Part shown: piece by piece, positions 1 to 12,856 of the stretch | Position numbering within the stretch: position 1 is the stretch's first letter | Layout: each line of letters begins with the position of its first letter | Source: Eledone cirrhosa | Taxonomy: Eukaryota | NCBI GenBank assembly: GCA_964016885.1 | Contig: OZ024758.1 | Location: 22,072,001 to 22,136,000, forward strand | Direction: 5' to 3' | DNA length: 64,000 nt | The notes under the pieces: model-generated | Seen by the model: only the letters and a program-made list of their open reading frames with translations | The model's database searches: none | What the model was told of the DNA's origin: nothing | Program-made: the position numbers and the translations under genes

Positions 1-800
1 GCTCTTCCGGTACTGACAATAATACAATTGTAAAATAAAGTTAACCTCGGCGGGATTTGAAATCAGAACGTAAAGGGCCATAACTCTATGCTGTAAAGCA
101 TGGTGTCTGACGCTCTTCCGGTACTGACAATAATACAATTGTAAAATAAAGTTAACCTCGGCGGGATTTGAAATCAGAACGTAAAGGGCCATAACTCTAT
201 GCTGTAAAGCATGGTGTCTGACGCTCTTCCGATACTGCCAATAATACAATTGTAAAATAAAGTTAACCTCGGCGGGATTTGAACTCAGAACGTAAAGGGC
301 CATAACTCTATGCTGTAAAGCATGGTGTCTGACGCTCTTCCGGTACTGACAATAATACAATTGTAAAATAAAGTTAACCTCGGCGGGATTTGAAATCAGA
401 ACGTAAAGGGCCATAACTCTATGCTGTAAAGCATGGTGTCTGACGCTCTTCCGATACTGCCAATAATACAATTGTAAAATAAAGTTAACCTCGGCGGGAT
501 TTGAACTCAGAACGTAAAGGGCCATAACTCTATGCTGTAAAGCATGGTGTCTGACGCTCTTCCGGTACTGACAATAATACAATTGTAAAATAAAGTTAAC
601 CTCGGCGGGATTTGAACTCAGAACGTAAAGGGCCATAACTCTATGCTGTAAAGCATGGTGTCTGACGCTCTTCCGATACTGCCAATAATACAATTGTAAA
701 ATAAAGTTAACCTCGGCGGGATTTGAACTCAGAACGTAAAGGGCCATAACTCTATGCTGTAAAGCATGGTGTCTGACGCTCTTCCGGTACTGCCAATAAT
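1..800 (-). repeat. Tandem array of ~111-bp SINE-head units (~7 copies, running off the window edge)
   Basis: Unit gctcttccggtactg..aacctcggcgggatttgaactcag..catggtgtctgac, derived from the adjacent SINE. Confidence 0.9.
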
Positions 801-980
801 TGTTTCTACTTTAGGCACAAGGCCAGCAAATATCCAGTGCATTACTGGTACTTTATTTTATCGACCCCCGTAAGGATGAAAGGCAAAGTCAACCTCGGCG
901 GGATTTGAACTCAGATCGTAAAGGGACGTAACTATGCTGGAAAGCATGGCGTCCGACCCTCTACCTATACTGCCAATCCA
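798..980 (-). mobile_element. tRNA-derived SINE, family A (Nin/Deu-like core)
   Basis: A box TGGCAG.ATCGG, B box GAGTTCAAATCC, core actttgcctttcatcc..ggtcgataaa, tail tggccttgtgcc..agaaacaatt. Other copies at about 1058, 3539, 9280, 9487, 21110, 21985, 26445, 28620, 30578, 31940, 33189, 49422, 51790 and 59408. Confidence 0.85.
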
Positions 981-2086
981 CAATAATACAATTGTAAAAT
1001 ATTTTTTTTAAATGAATATAACCGTATATGTGTTATGAGCTTACATCTACAATTGTTATTGGCATTGTCAGTATCAGTAGAAGGTCGGACGCCATGCTTT
1101 CCAGCATAGTTACGTCCCTTTACGGACTGAGTTCAAATCCCGCCAAGGTTAACTTTGCCTTTCATCCTTACGGGGTAGATAAAATAAAGTACCAATAATG
1201 CACTGGTTATTTGCTGGCCTTGTGCCAAAAGTAGAAACAAGTTATTTTAAGAAATTCAACTAAGTTATCTCCCTTCAAAAAACAGTAGCCAGGAATTTTG
1301 AAAATTATATTTTTATTCAAAAGCAGTGAATTGTCAGAGTCGTTAAAACGTCGGAAAAAAATACTTTGTGGTATTCGTTTCGGCATTCTGCTCTCTGAGT
1401 TCAAATCCCACCGAGGTCAAATTTGCATTTCATCCATTCGAGGTCGATAAAAAAAGTACCAGTCAAGTACTGAAGATCGATTCTTCCTCTATATCTCTTT
1501 CTCAATCCCACTCTCTCACTTTCTATTCTTCACTAGAAGAAATATGCCGTATTCAGACCTGGAGAAGAGTTGGGCTCAGCCAGGTTTTTAAAAGGTACCC
1601 TGGGTACCCTGTATATCAATACGGCGCCCCTACGACTCCGTTAGGAGTTACGGAACCATGCATGCTTTTGTTCTAAAATAATAATTTTAAGAGAATAAAC
1701 GGTGTAGGGTAGATGTTCCTCCAAACCTTTCCTCGCAGAAAATGTTTGTTGATAGTATTACTTCCTTTCAAGACTTATTTCTCTGTTTATATAGTCAGTT
1801 ATGGTTAAACACAAAACGGTGTTGTCGTGTATTGCCATGTACGGTGTTATTTGGAGAAAGTGACCCGTGATTGAATTATCCTGGCGTATTGATTTCTGCG
1901 TTCGAACAAGGTTTTCTTTTTCTTTTATGGTATTGACTTACAATACACCGGGGGGGGGGGGGGGGGTTATTAATTCACCGGTTACTTTGACCGGTCAACA
2001 CCGCACGTGCTAATACATGCAACGTCACAGGTTTGGTGCTTTTCGTCGTAACACTGTTTACAAGACTACACGTGCTCGATATAATA

Positions 2087-5000
2087 ATGTCGAAAATGGA
2101 TATTAGCAGTCGTCTACTAAAATACGATGTAAGTAAACCGTTTTATTGTTATTGTTGAAATGGAAGAGTAATATAGAACCTTTATGTGTACAAATAATCT
2201 TAATGTATCTTTCTCAATATGTGTTATATCTTCAAACCTACACACCTGTTTTTTAACAAAATACCTATATATACCGTATTTTCACCTCTAATACTTGTAA
2301 TTATATATTGTTCATTAGTTACACAAGTCATTTGCTAAATATTTTCGCGTCTCTATACTTTATTTTATTTATTTTTTTGTATATACACAATGTTTATGAA
2401 AGCTTTATATATATCTATATGTGTGTGTTTTTATTCACAGTTGGGCACTACAACGCTATTAGCTGTCAGTCGTGAAAGCAGGCGAAGGTGACGTCATTCG
2501 TCGTCGTTTATTTCCGTATTACTACCACGCGTAAGTGGAGTTTTCACGCGTTTTTTTATTTTTTTTATTAAAGCATATCGATGTAAGTGGAGTTACTTAA
2601 ATGAAAATATAGGTGGCCCTTAAAAGGGCCAAATTAGAAAACAAGTCATGGTTATCAAATAAATTGGATTTAATCATTTATATTTTCATAGTCATGGTTA
2701 TCAATGTAGAAAACAAGTCATTTTCACCAACAGTAGAGTTAACTTAAATGAAAATATAGGTGGCCCTTAAAAGGGCCAAATTGTTAATGGAATTAACCAT
2801 CGCTACCGCTACTACAGCAGATACCATCAATCTCCATGGGGACTGTCTCTTGTCTCCATGATGCTTTTGAATAAGGTTGGTGAAAAAAATTTGATAACCA
2901 TAAATTTGTTTTCTAATTTGGCTCTTTTAAGGGCCACCTATATTTTCATTTAAGTTAACTCCACTGTTGGTGAAAATGCCTTGTTTTCTACATTGATAAC
3001 CATGACTATGAAAATATAAATGATTAAATCCAATTTATTTGAAAACCATGACTTGTTTTCTAATTTAGCCCTTATAAGGGCCACCTATATTTTCATTTAA
3101 GTAACTCCACTTACATCGATATGCTTTAATAAAAAAAAAAATATTAAAAAAATGCGTGATATTTTCATTTAAGTAATTCCACTTACATCTATATGCTTTA
3201 ATAAAAAATAATATAAACTCCACTTACGCGTGGTAGTAATACGGAAATAAACGATGTTTTGCTTTCATCGGCTGCTTTCGACTGACAGCTAATAGTGCTG
3301 TAGTGCCCACAGTTGTATAAATGACATTACAAATTGTTTATAATTTTTACAGAGTGAAAATATAAACACATATAATTGTTTCTACTATTGGCACAAGGCC
3401 AGCAATTACCCAGTACATTACCGTTACTTTATCTTATCGACCCCGTAAGGATGAAAGGCAAAGTTAATATAAACACATATAATAAATACAATTAATTATT
3501 GCTAGGAGTTTTTCACACATTATATATATAATAATAATAATTGTTTCTACTTTTGGCACAAGGCCAGCAATTAACCAGTGCATTACTGGTACTTTATTTT
3601 ATCGACCCCGTAAGGATGAAAGGCAAAATTAACCTCGGCGGGATTTGAACTCAGAATGGCAAGGGCCGTAACTCTATGCGTCAAAGCTTGGCGTCCGACC
3701 CTCTACCGATACTGCCAATACACCTATATATATAATAATAATAATGAAATTACTGGGTACAGTGCTCAGGTGCACTACAACTCGTCAAAGGTGCATGTAT
3801 AGTACATAGAATAATATACAAATGGCAGGAGAGTGAATAGTGTGAGTCATGATATACATGTGTGCGTGTGTATGGAGGGGGAATATTAGGTGTAGTGTTG
3901 GCGAATCTCAGGAAACATGGAGGTTTTAAAGGATGCAGTGTCTCGGCAGCAAACAACTGATGCAGGTTGTTTGTTCCATGCTTCAGCAACTCTGAGCGTG
4001 AAAAATGTTTCTGAAAGTCATGGGAACTGTGCTGTTTTCTGATTTTGTAGGCATGTGTTAGACATATGGAAATCAAAAAGGTACTCAGGGTTGTTGTTGG
4101 CAAGATGGTTAATAATATATATATTTATATATATATATATAAATATAGAAGATCCCGTTAAGGGTGAAAGCAGCGATTCTTTGCTTAAACTTGAATCTGT
4201 TATTTTAATAAATATTTGCTCTACGGTTCTTATATATTTGATATATACTTATCCTTATCGAGCCCTCTTTGGATTTTAGTCTTCAAATTTATTATTATTA
4301 CTATATATATATATATTAGGCTTCTACATAAACTGGAAATATTCTCCGAATTTGTAGAAAACTTATAATGAAACAATTGTTTGGAAAGAGAGATGTATTT
4401 TAACTTTAATTATATCTCATAAAATAATACAACTGGCTTTTCCACATAATACATATTGTTAGCACCCCAAACACTTAAATTGGGTTTATATTAAAATATA
4501 ACCTAATGTTTGTTGAGTGAGATGGTTACCAGTCAGAGATTAGCTTTAAACTATCTCTGTTATTGTATTTATATATATATATATATATATATTCTGTTTT
4601 GTAGTTCACCACTGGATATAACTGGTCATTCCGTTTAGTTGACCATGATGTAATAGTAGGAAAAGTACTCTGTTGTTTTAATCAAATTAATATATACGTA
4701 TATATATAGGAAAATGTTAAACATTTTCCTATTACCCACTCTACTACCCTAAGTATTGGGTACTCTGGTGCATTATGGTCCATCTGGTTCCTTACACTTC
4801 CTTCCTTATATATATATATATATGTTTGTGTGTATATACAAGCAAACTTCAACACACTCATATATATATATATATATATAAATTAATAAAAACAAAGAAC
4901 ACAAATTCATTATATTAAAAAATTCATCATTTTAAAACCAACAAAGATTTAAGGTCTGTTTGGGGACAGGTTTTGAATTGACCAATAGAAAAGTAGTAAG

Positions 5001-5988
5001 AGGTCAAGTTGATAGAATAGTAGCAGTAGTAGAAATTTAATTTAGGGGTAGAGGAATGCAGACTTTGTTTTGAATGAAAAGAATACTTTGAATGAAAAGA
5101 ATACTTTGGAGATGAAAAGAGGTCAAGCCGGTGAAAGGTACACGAAAATTTGATGTTATTAAAGAATAATGCTAATGTTAAAACCGAAGGAGAATAACAT
5201 TTTAGGGTAAAGGTGTTAGTGAGAAATACCAATCTTATTTAAAACACAAGGAATTTAGATCTATAACAAGAAATTAAATTGATTGATAGGTATACTTATA
5301 GGGATAAATTTATATTAATTCATATGGATGTGATCAATAAGAATTAGATGTTATTAAAGAATGTTAAAAACGAAGGAAAATAAAATGTTTGGATAAATGT
5401 ATTAGTGAGAAATACCAATCTTATATAGACTACAAGGAATCTAGATTCATAACAGGAAATTAAAATAGTTTATATGTATACTTTTAGGTATTAATTTTAG
5501 GAAAAGAGAGCTGTAAGAGGGAAATAAAATTATGAAGTTCTCTGTAGTAAAGTACTAATTATAGGTTAACTAAATTAAAAAAACTAATTATAATAATATG
5601 TAAAATATAAATATAAGGTGTATATTAATTAGGTTTATAATATTTGAAAGTTCTTCTAATTCTATGATTGCAAGATATAATTAATTCTTGTCGCTTATTT
5701 AATAGGATATCCTTAGATTTCATTATTTCAAAAAGTTCCTGGGAGCATAGTCTACACTCATATCTGTTATTTTGATAAGGGGTGGCCCTTTTGAGCACAC
5801 TCCAGGTCAGGTTGTAATCGATATTCTTGTTTCTATAATTATTAATTGTTTCAGCCATTGTATCTTGACTCTGTTTTCCTGTGATTTTCATCGAAAAATT
5901 GTTGAATGCATCTTCTCTTTTCATGATATTTGGATTACATTAAGTTCTTCATACGGATTGGACACTACCGTATATTTTGGTAGATGTA

Positions 5989-6025
<37 letters not shown>

Positions 6026-8787
6026 GCATGCATTGTCCTGCAGCTACTGAGGGAGTCGTAAAGGGGGGGGGGGGGTATATTGACATACGGAGTTTCTGGG
6101 GCATTTTTAAACCACACACACTACAGGTATCGATATTTTGCAGGAATCCAAGTTCCAGAGAAAAACTAGAGGATGAGAGAATGGTAGTAAGAAAGAGAAC
6201 CCAAGCCGACCCAAGTACAAGACTGGTACTTTTATTATCGACCGCGAATGGATGAAAAGCAAAGTTAATCACGGTCGGATTTGAACTTGTTAGCGGTCGC
6301 TAGAACCTTCGGTTAGTCTCGCTTTGGGATTCAGTCGGACAATTTTGATGGCGGAAGGCGTATCTGAAGACTCTGCCACGCATAATCCCCTAAGAGGGGG
6401 GGGGGCTTTAAAAGGGAAATAACTCTATTAAATATATTTATATATATAGGGGAACCTTGGTTCACGAATTTAATTCGTTCCTGATGGCAAGGCCGTTCGT
6501 AAGCCGAAACTATTTTTCCCATACGAAATGTTGAAAGAGAAATTCAATGAGAGAGAGAGAGAGAGAGACTGGGACACATTTCCAGCTGAGTAAACTGGAA
6601 CAACGTGAAATGAAGTGTTTTGCTCAAGAACACAACACAACCCAGTACAGGTATCGAACCCACGACATTATGATCGTAAATTTAACACTTTTACCACTAG
6701 GCCATGCACCTCTTCTTCCCCCCCCCCCCTTCCACATATATATATATATATATGTGTATGTATATAAAAGGTAAGCAGAAATAACAACACAATCGGTACA
6801 GTATATGGAAGGGATATAATAGGTTTACGCTTGATATAGCAGTAAGAGGGTCTTAACGTTTCGGACGCTAGTCCTTCATCAGAAGAATGAATGAGAGATA
6901 AGATAGATTGAGGGGACGGGCGAGTTGGAATTGGAAAAAATGTCTTTAGATAAAAACAACAGATCCATTCATATTGACATCTCTTGTCATGACAAAAAGC
7001 ACCGTCCACACTGTAGAGTGGTCGTGTAGGTGTCACTACAAAAAGCACCCAATGTGATGTGATATATATATATATGTGTGTGTGTTTGAGGTTGGTATTA
7101 GGAAGGACATCCAGCTGTTGAAACCAAGCTAGAATCTGTTTTGTATGAGCAAGACATAGTCACCTGACCTAGCATTGCTTACAACAGAACAACTCGTCTA
7201 ACCCATGCTAGCGTGGAAAAATAGACGTAAAACGGTGATGATAATCATCATCATCATCACCGTTTAACATCCATCTTCCACACTAGCATGGGTTTGGACG
7301 GGAATTGTCCCACTTGAGGCAAGATTGGTTGTCTTACTCGTATAGGACTGTCTGGCGGGTTTTCTACGGCTGGATGCCCTTCCTAACACCAACCACGTTT
7401 TCAGTGTGGACTGGGAGGTTTTTACCGTGTTACCTACACGGCCACATTACAGCGTGGACTGTGTTTTTTTGTCGTGACACCTACACGACCTCATTCTTTG
7501 GGGACTGGATGTTGTGGTACCAACATAGCTTTACATCGAAAGGGGTGGTGTAGATGGGGTAGGGGTAGTGGGACGGGGATGCATTTTGGTTAAGAGGTGC
7601 CTACTGACTGTAGGTTTCGCTTTGTACTTAGGCAAAGCGGGTCTTCTGTATTGCTGCGTAGCGCCAAAGATCTCGGTCCAGTGACATTGTCTTGGAGAGG
7701 TGTAAGTGTGTGAGGTCGGAATTTATCAAGACGTCCCAGGTTTTTCTTAGCTACCGTCTATTTTGATCGCCCTGCACTTTTTTATACAGCTGTCGTCTTT
7801 CATGCGCATCTCGTGACCATACCAACGTAGTCTTCTCTCGAGTAAACAGCATCTGATCCCTCTTATTCCTAATTTCTCACTTAGTTCATTTATGCCTTGC
7901 CGTTCACGTATATTACTATTACACATCCAACGGAGCATGCAAGCTTTGTTCCTCTCCAGTCTCGTAGATCCTCTGCACACAATGCCCATGTCTCACTGCC
8001 ATGTAACATTGTTGTTCGTATGCAGGCATCATACAGCCTGCTTTCATTTTTAAAGAGAAACCTTTAGCGACCAATAGTGGTATAAGCTCTCTGAACTTTT
8101 TCCATCCCGTTCTGACTACTCATTTTGTCACCCAGGTAACGGAAGGTGTCCACTATTTCTATAGAACCATCTGGGCAATGGAATGAGCTAGTATTCTGTG
8201 GGCACTTGCTGCTACTTATTGCACCTGAGCACCGGCCACATATAAAATCTATATTCTTAGTTAGCTTACCTGTGATCCCTCTACATCTTTTATGCACCCA
8301 TAGATATATATCTAAGTCTAAAGTTTGTCTCAAGCCTGGAGGCTCATCAGGTTCCCATGGCGTTAAGTGAATGAAACTACAATACTCCCTCCAGGACAAG
8401 ACGCCAGTCTATCGCAGGGTAAACTCCCAGCTATTGCTGATACTCATTTTCAGTTGAATATAATGAGAGAGAGAGAAAGCTGTCACGCAGGGAGGTAATT
8501 CAAGAATGAAAGGCGAATCAGTTACTTCCCTGCAAAATAGTTATTTCCCTTTGTACCTAAATCTGACAATATACAAAACATCGTTACCAGCTCTGTTAAC
8601 TACAGAATGTAATCATATGATTTTACATATAATAAACCTAATCATTAAGATCTTTATTGATTATACACAGTTACCACCGTTTCACAGCTGGGTGGCTCAG
8701 GATCCATGTAACGTCGAGGTTCTCAAAGTGGGTGCTGTCGCCCCTCAGAGGTCGTTGAGAAAGTCCAGGGGTGCACTGGGGCCTAAG
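2087..8787 (+). CDS. Putative unidentified spliced gene, 5' exons
   Basis: Candidate phase-0 exons 2087-2128 (MSKMDISSRLLKYD|gtaagt), 4605-4649 (tgtag|FTTGYNWSFRLVDHD) and 8671 to 8727 or 8787 (cacag|LPPFHSWVAQDPCNVEVLK...); CpG-rich DNA upstream; no family recognised. Confidence 0.35.
2441..3312. mobile_element. Fold-back repeat, probably a Penelope-like pseudo-LTR, carrying histone-type stem-loops
   Basis: Arms 2441-2785 and 2875-3312 are inverted; a second locus lies at 33983-34370. Confidence 0.6.
3735..4110 (-). mobile_element. CR1-clade LINE 3' fragment
   Basis: Homologous to the copies at 58478 and 60061; (ATT)n tail. Confidence 0.75.
5625..5985 (-). mobile_element. Penelope-like element, C-terminal GIY-YIG endonuclease remnant
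   Basis: WSVLKRATPY..C.LC..E...I....LLNKRQELIISCNHR, the typical PLE endonuclease C-terminus; flanked by (TA)n. Confidence 0.75.
6854..6886 (-). ncRNA. Minimal type I hammerhead ribozyme motif (PLE-associated)
   Basis: UCUU-CUGAUGA-AGGAC UAGC GUCC-GAAAC-GUU-AAGA; a decayed paralogue lies at about 60815-60845. Confidence 0.7.
7243..8302 (-). mobile_element. Degenerate RTE LINE 3' portion with deletions and frameshifts
   Basis: Fragments WVHKRC..FICGRC, FRYLG, LRWMCN..RLRWYGH; 3'UTR and tail. Confidence 0.9.
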
Positions 8788-9776
8788 GTGGTGGTAGAGA
8801 TGATATAATATAATAGTATGTTAAATATCAAATGATACATATTATATATAAATAGTAAAATTAAAATATATATTTCTTTATACATAGTATATATTATATG
8901 ATTTGATTTTGTAGATTTACTTACTAGATCTACAAAACCAAATTGTAAAATTATAATATTATAAAAATTAAATTAAATTGTTTAGAACTACAAGTGAAGT
9001 TATTCTTTTCCCATTTTTAAATCTACCTAACTGTACCAAGGGTTTCACACATTTTCCAATATATATATAGCAAAGAAGGTATGGTAAGATACTATGTGGA
9101 CCACCATAACGCACCAGAGTACTCGATACTTAGGGTAGTAGAGTGGGTAAATGGAAAAGAGTCAGGACCCCGACGGCTGAACTTCGGCTGTTTCAGGGCC
9201 CTGACTCTTTTCCTATATATAGATAATCATATGCGAAGCTGGAACTTACGAAGCGCTGACAGAATATGAGACACATAAATAATTGTTTCTACTTTTGGCA
9301 CAAGGCCAGCAATTATCCCAGTGTATTACTGTTACTTTATTTTATCGACCCCATAAGGATGAAAGGTAAAGTTAACCTCGGCGGGGCTTGAACTCAGACC
9401 ATAAAGGGCCGTAACTCTTTGCTGCAAAGCATGGTGTCCGACCCTCTACCGATACTGCCAATTCACCGCCCTCTCTTAACCAAGATAATTGTTTCTACTT
9501 TAGGCACAAGGCCAGTAATTACCCAGTGCATTACTGGTACTTTATTCTATCGACCCCGTAAGGATGAAAGGCAAAGTCAACCTCGGCGGGATTTGAACTC
9601 AGATCGTAAAGGGACGTAACTATGCTGGAAAGCATGGCGTGCGACCCTCTACCGATACTGCCAATCCAGAAGAACAAGTCAACATCATTGGATACCATCA
9701 GGGTTGCAGGTGTTATATCAGTTTTCCTTCTCCTAGAATTCTGCCGTGACAAAGGCTAAGGGGTCATCTCTCCCGA

Positions 9777-9832
<56 letters not shown>

Positions 9833-10034
9833 TCATACACAGAGAGTAGCGCTAAAAACCCCGACCGCGACGCTAAGTAGTTTCGGCATCTATTCGGGAA
9901 GCCTTGTCGAGGTTGTCGTTCCACGGGGTATTTACTCAACCCCCCCCCCCTCTGCTTCTTCCCATACATAGAGTACTACCCTGATTTATAGTCTCGCCAT
10001 TCTCAACACCCCACACTTTATATATATATATATA

Positions 10035-10398
10035 TACGATATTAAACAAATGGAAACTATATTTATAAAACCATATTTATTTCGTTATATATATTTCTGG
10101 GATATCATATTAAAAATATGTTATGCCTTCCTCAGACAAAATACAATACATAAGCTGTTTTATAAATAATTAGTGACATACCTTTTGAGAATGCAACTTC
10201 CTTTTAAAAAAGTTGATTTGGTTTTTTAAAAGGAAGTTGCATTCTCAAAAGGTATGTCACTAATTATTTATAAAACAGCTTATGTATTGTATTTTGTCTG
10301 AGGAAGGCATAACATATTTTTAATATGATATCCCAGAAATATATATAACGAAATAAATATGGTTTTATAAATATAGTTTCCATTTGTTTAATATCGTA
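10035..10398. repeat. ~175-bp perfect inverted repeat (PLE fold-back)
   Basis: Arms 10035-10211 and 10222-10398; related sequence at 11815-11965. Confidence 0.85.
10290..10355 (+). ncRNA. Hammerhead ribozyme motif within a perfect inverted repeat
   Basis: UAUUUUGU-CUGAGGA-stem II-GAAA-UAUAUAUA-ACGAAAUA; the mirror copy is on - at about 10078-10143. Confidence 0.6.
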
Positions 10399-10486
10399 AA
10401 CCTACTCCAGAAATTGTCGAGTGCTTTTATATCAGTTATAAAATATTTACTCGTTGTAACCCAACAATCTTAAATAAAACTTTTGC

Positions 10487-10524
<38 letters not shown>

Positions 10525-10889
10525 ACGTGTGTCTGTGTGTCTGTATGTTAGTAAGTAGGTGTAAACATGCGTGTACATACACTTACGCATATTTACACAC
10601 AGTTATACATATAAATATGGATATATATATATATATATACGTATATATGTATATATATATATACGATATATATATATATATTTATTAAAATAACAGATTA
10701 AAGTTTAAGCAAAGAATCGCTGCTTTCACCCTTAACGGGATCTTCTTTTAGTCTTCAAATTTATTATTATTACTATATGTGTGTGTGTGTGTGTGAGAGA
10801 GAGTTCGGATCTAGCTGTCGAAACGGCCGGAGCTCAGCCATCGGGGTCCCGACTCTTTTCCTATAAATGTAATATCTCTCTGTCTCTTC

Positions 10890-10920
<31 letters not shown>

Positions 10921-10960
10921 GAAAGAGATGTATATATATACAGAGAGAGAGATTTGTATG

Positions 10961-10994
<34 letters not shown>

Positions 10995-11243
10995 AACATA
11001 TCCAGGGACCAAAAAATATTTGCATGTATGTCCATGTAAATGTTTGGGGGTTATTTTGGATGTGCGTATGAGTGTGTGTGTGTGTGCGCGCACGTGTGTC
11101 CATATATATATATACACACATATATATAAGGGTTTAGATCGATATCCAACGATTTCGCATATAGATTTGTGTGAGCGTGTGCGTATGCATATAAATAGAT
11201 TTGTGTATGTTATATGTATATATATGTATGTGTGCTTGTGTCA

Positions 11244-11355
<112 letters not shown>

Positions 11356-11478
11356 GTGTGTGTGTGTGTGTGTCTTTGTGTCAGTATGTGTATATATATA
11401 TGTGTGTGTGTCTTTGTGTCAGTATGTGTATATATATATGTGTGTGTGTCTTTGTGTCAGTATGTGTATATATAAATG

Positions 11479-11511
<33 letters not shown>

Positions 11512-11633
11512 CTTTGTGTCAGTATGTGTATATATATATGTATATATGTGTGTCTTTGTGTCAGTATGCGTATATATAAATGTATATATGTATATATGTG
11601 TGTGTGTCTTTGTGTCAGTATGTGTATATATAA

Positions 11634-11669
<36 letters not shown>

Positions 11670-11694
11670 CTGTGTGTGTCTTTGTGTCAGTATG

Positions 11695-11725
<31 letters not shown>

Positions 11726-12755
11726 TCTTTTTTAATTAATTCCTTTCTCCCTGACAAGTCAGTCGGCCTAACAAACAAAAACAACAACAGTAGGAGCAAC
11801 AACAACACCAATATATATATATTTATAAAACCATATTTATTTCATTATAAATATAGTTTCCATTTGTTAATATATCGTATTTTTACTCCAATAATTTGTT
11901 GAGTGCTTTATATCAGTTATAAAAATATTTGCTTGTTGTATCCCATCAATTTAAATAGAACTTCTACATATATATATATATATATCCGACGACATGATGC
12001 TAAGTGTACGTGTACTATGTCAAAATAAGTGTCAGTGCATTCTAGGTCTGCGAAAGGGAGAGTCAAACGCACTTTAACGAAATGGCAAGCTGTACTGGTC
12101 AAAGTGAACTGATAACTGTACTTTTAAATTCTGTGTCTCGCTCAAAGTGCATCCGTTCCAAATACACAGTCGTTGTTATAGTGGTGGTAGTCGTAGTGGT
12201 TGTCGTGATGCTAGTTGTGATACTAGTGGTAGTGGTGGTGGTAGTAGTGGTTGTGGCAGCATTAGTAGTAGTAGTAGTAGTAGTAGCAGTGGTGGTGGCT
12301 GTAGTAGTAGTATATTTCTCCCATATGGAATCGTCCAAAGTATATTTCTCTTGATATGGAATCGTCCAAAGTATATTTCTCTTAATATGGAATCGTCCAA
12401 AACAAACATTTCCAGCACTCTAAATATAACAGGTTTTGTGTGTGTGTGTGTCTGTGTGGTGATGTATATATGTGTTTGTGTGAGTGTAAGGTGGCGTATA
12501 TGTATGTGTGTATATGCTATTGTATATATGTATATGTATATATATAAATGTGTGTGTGTGTGTGTGTCCTAGTGTTGTGTTGTATTTATCACTTCACATA
12601 CATCAGTGGTTCCCAACCTTTTCACTGCCAACAATCCCCTTTTATTGAAATGAATTTTCCCATAGGCAATTATTCCCTTCCTAGATTTACATACATACAT
12701 ACATACACACATACACACATACATACATACATACATACATACATACATACATACA

Positions 12756-12856
12756 TACGGTGTCCCAAAAACTGTATACACACTTTGATGGCCTATACAG
12801 GTAATATTTATTAGAATGCTGTTGAAGTGTGTATACATTTTGGGGGACACCCTGTA
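12756..12856. mobile_element. Tc1/mariner-type MITE
   Basis: Inverted ends (c)ggtgtcccaaaa..tgtatacacactt / aagtgtgtataca..ttgggggacaccctg-TA. Confidence 0.6.

Noticed and set aside
2615-3082. A histone gene at the stem-loops
   Set aside because: No histone coding sequence upstream on either strand.
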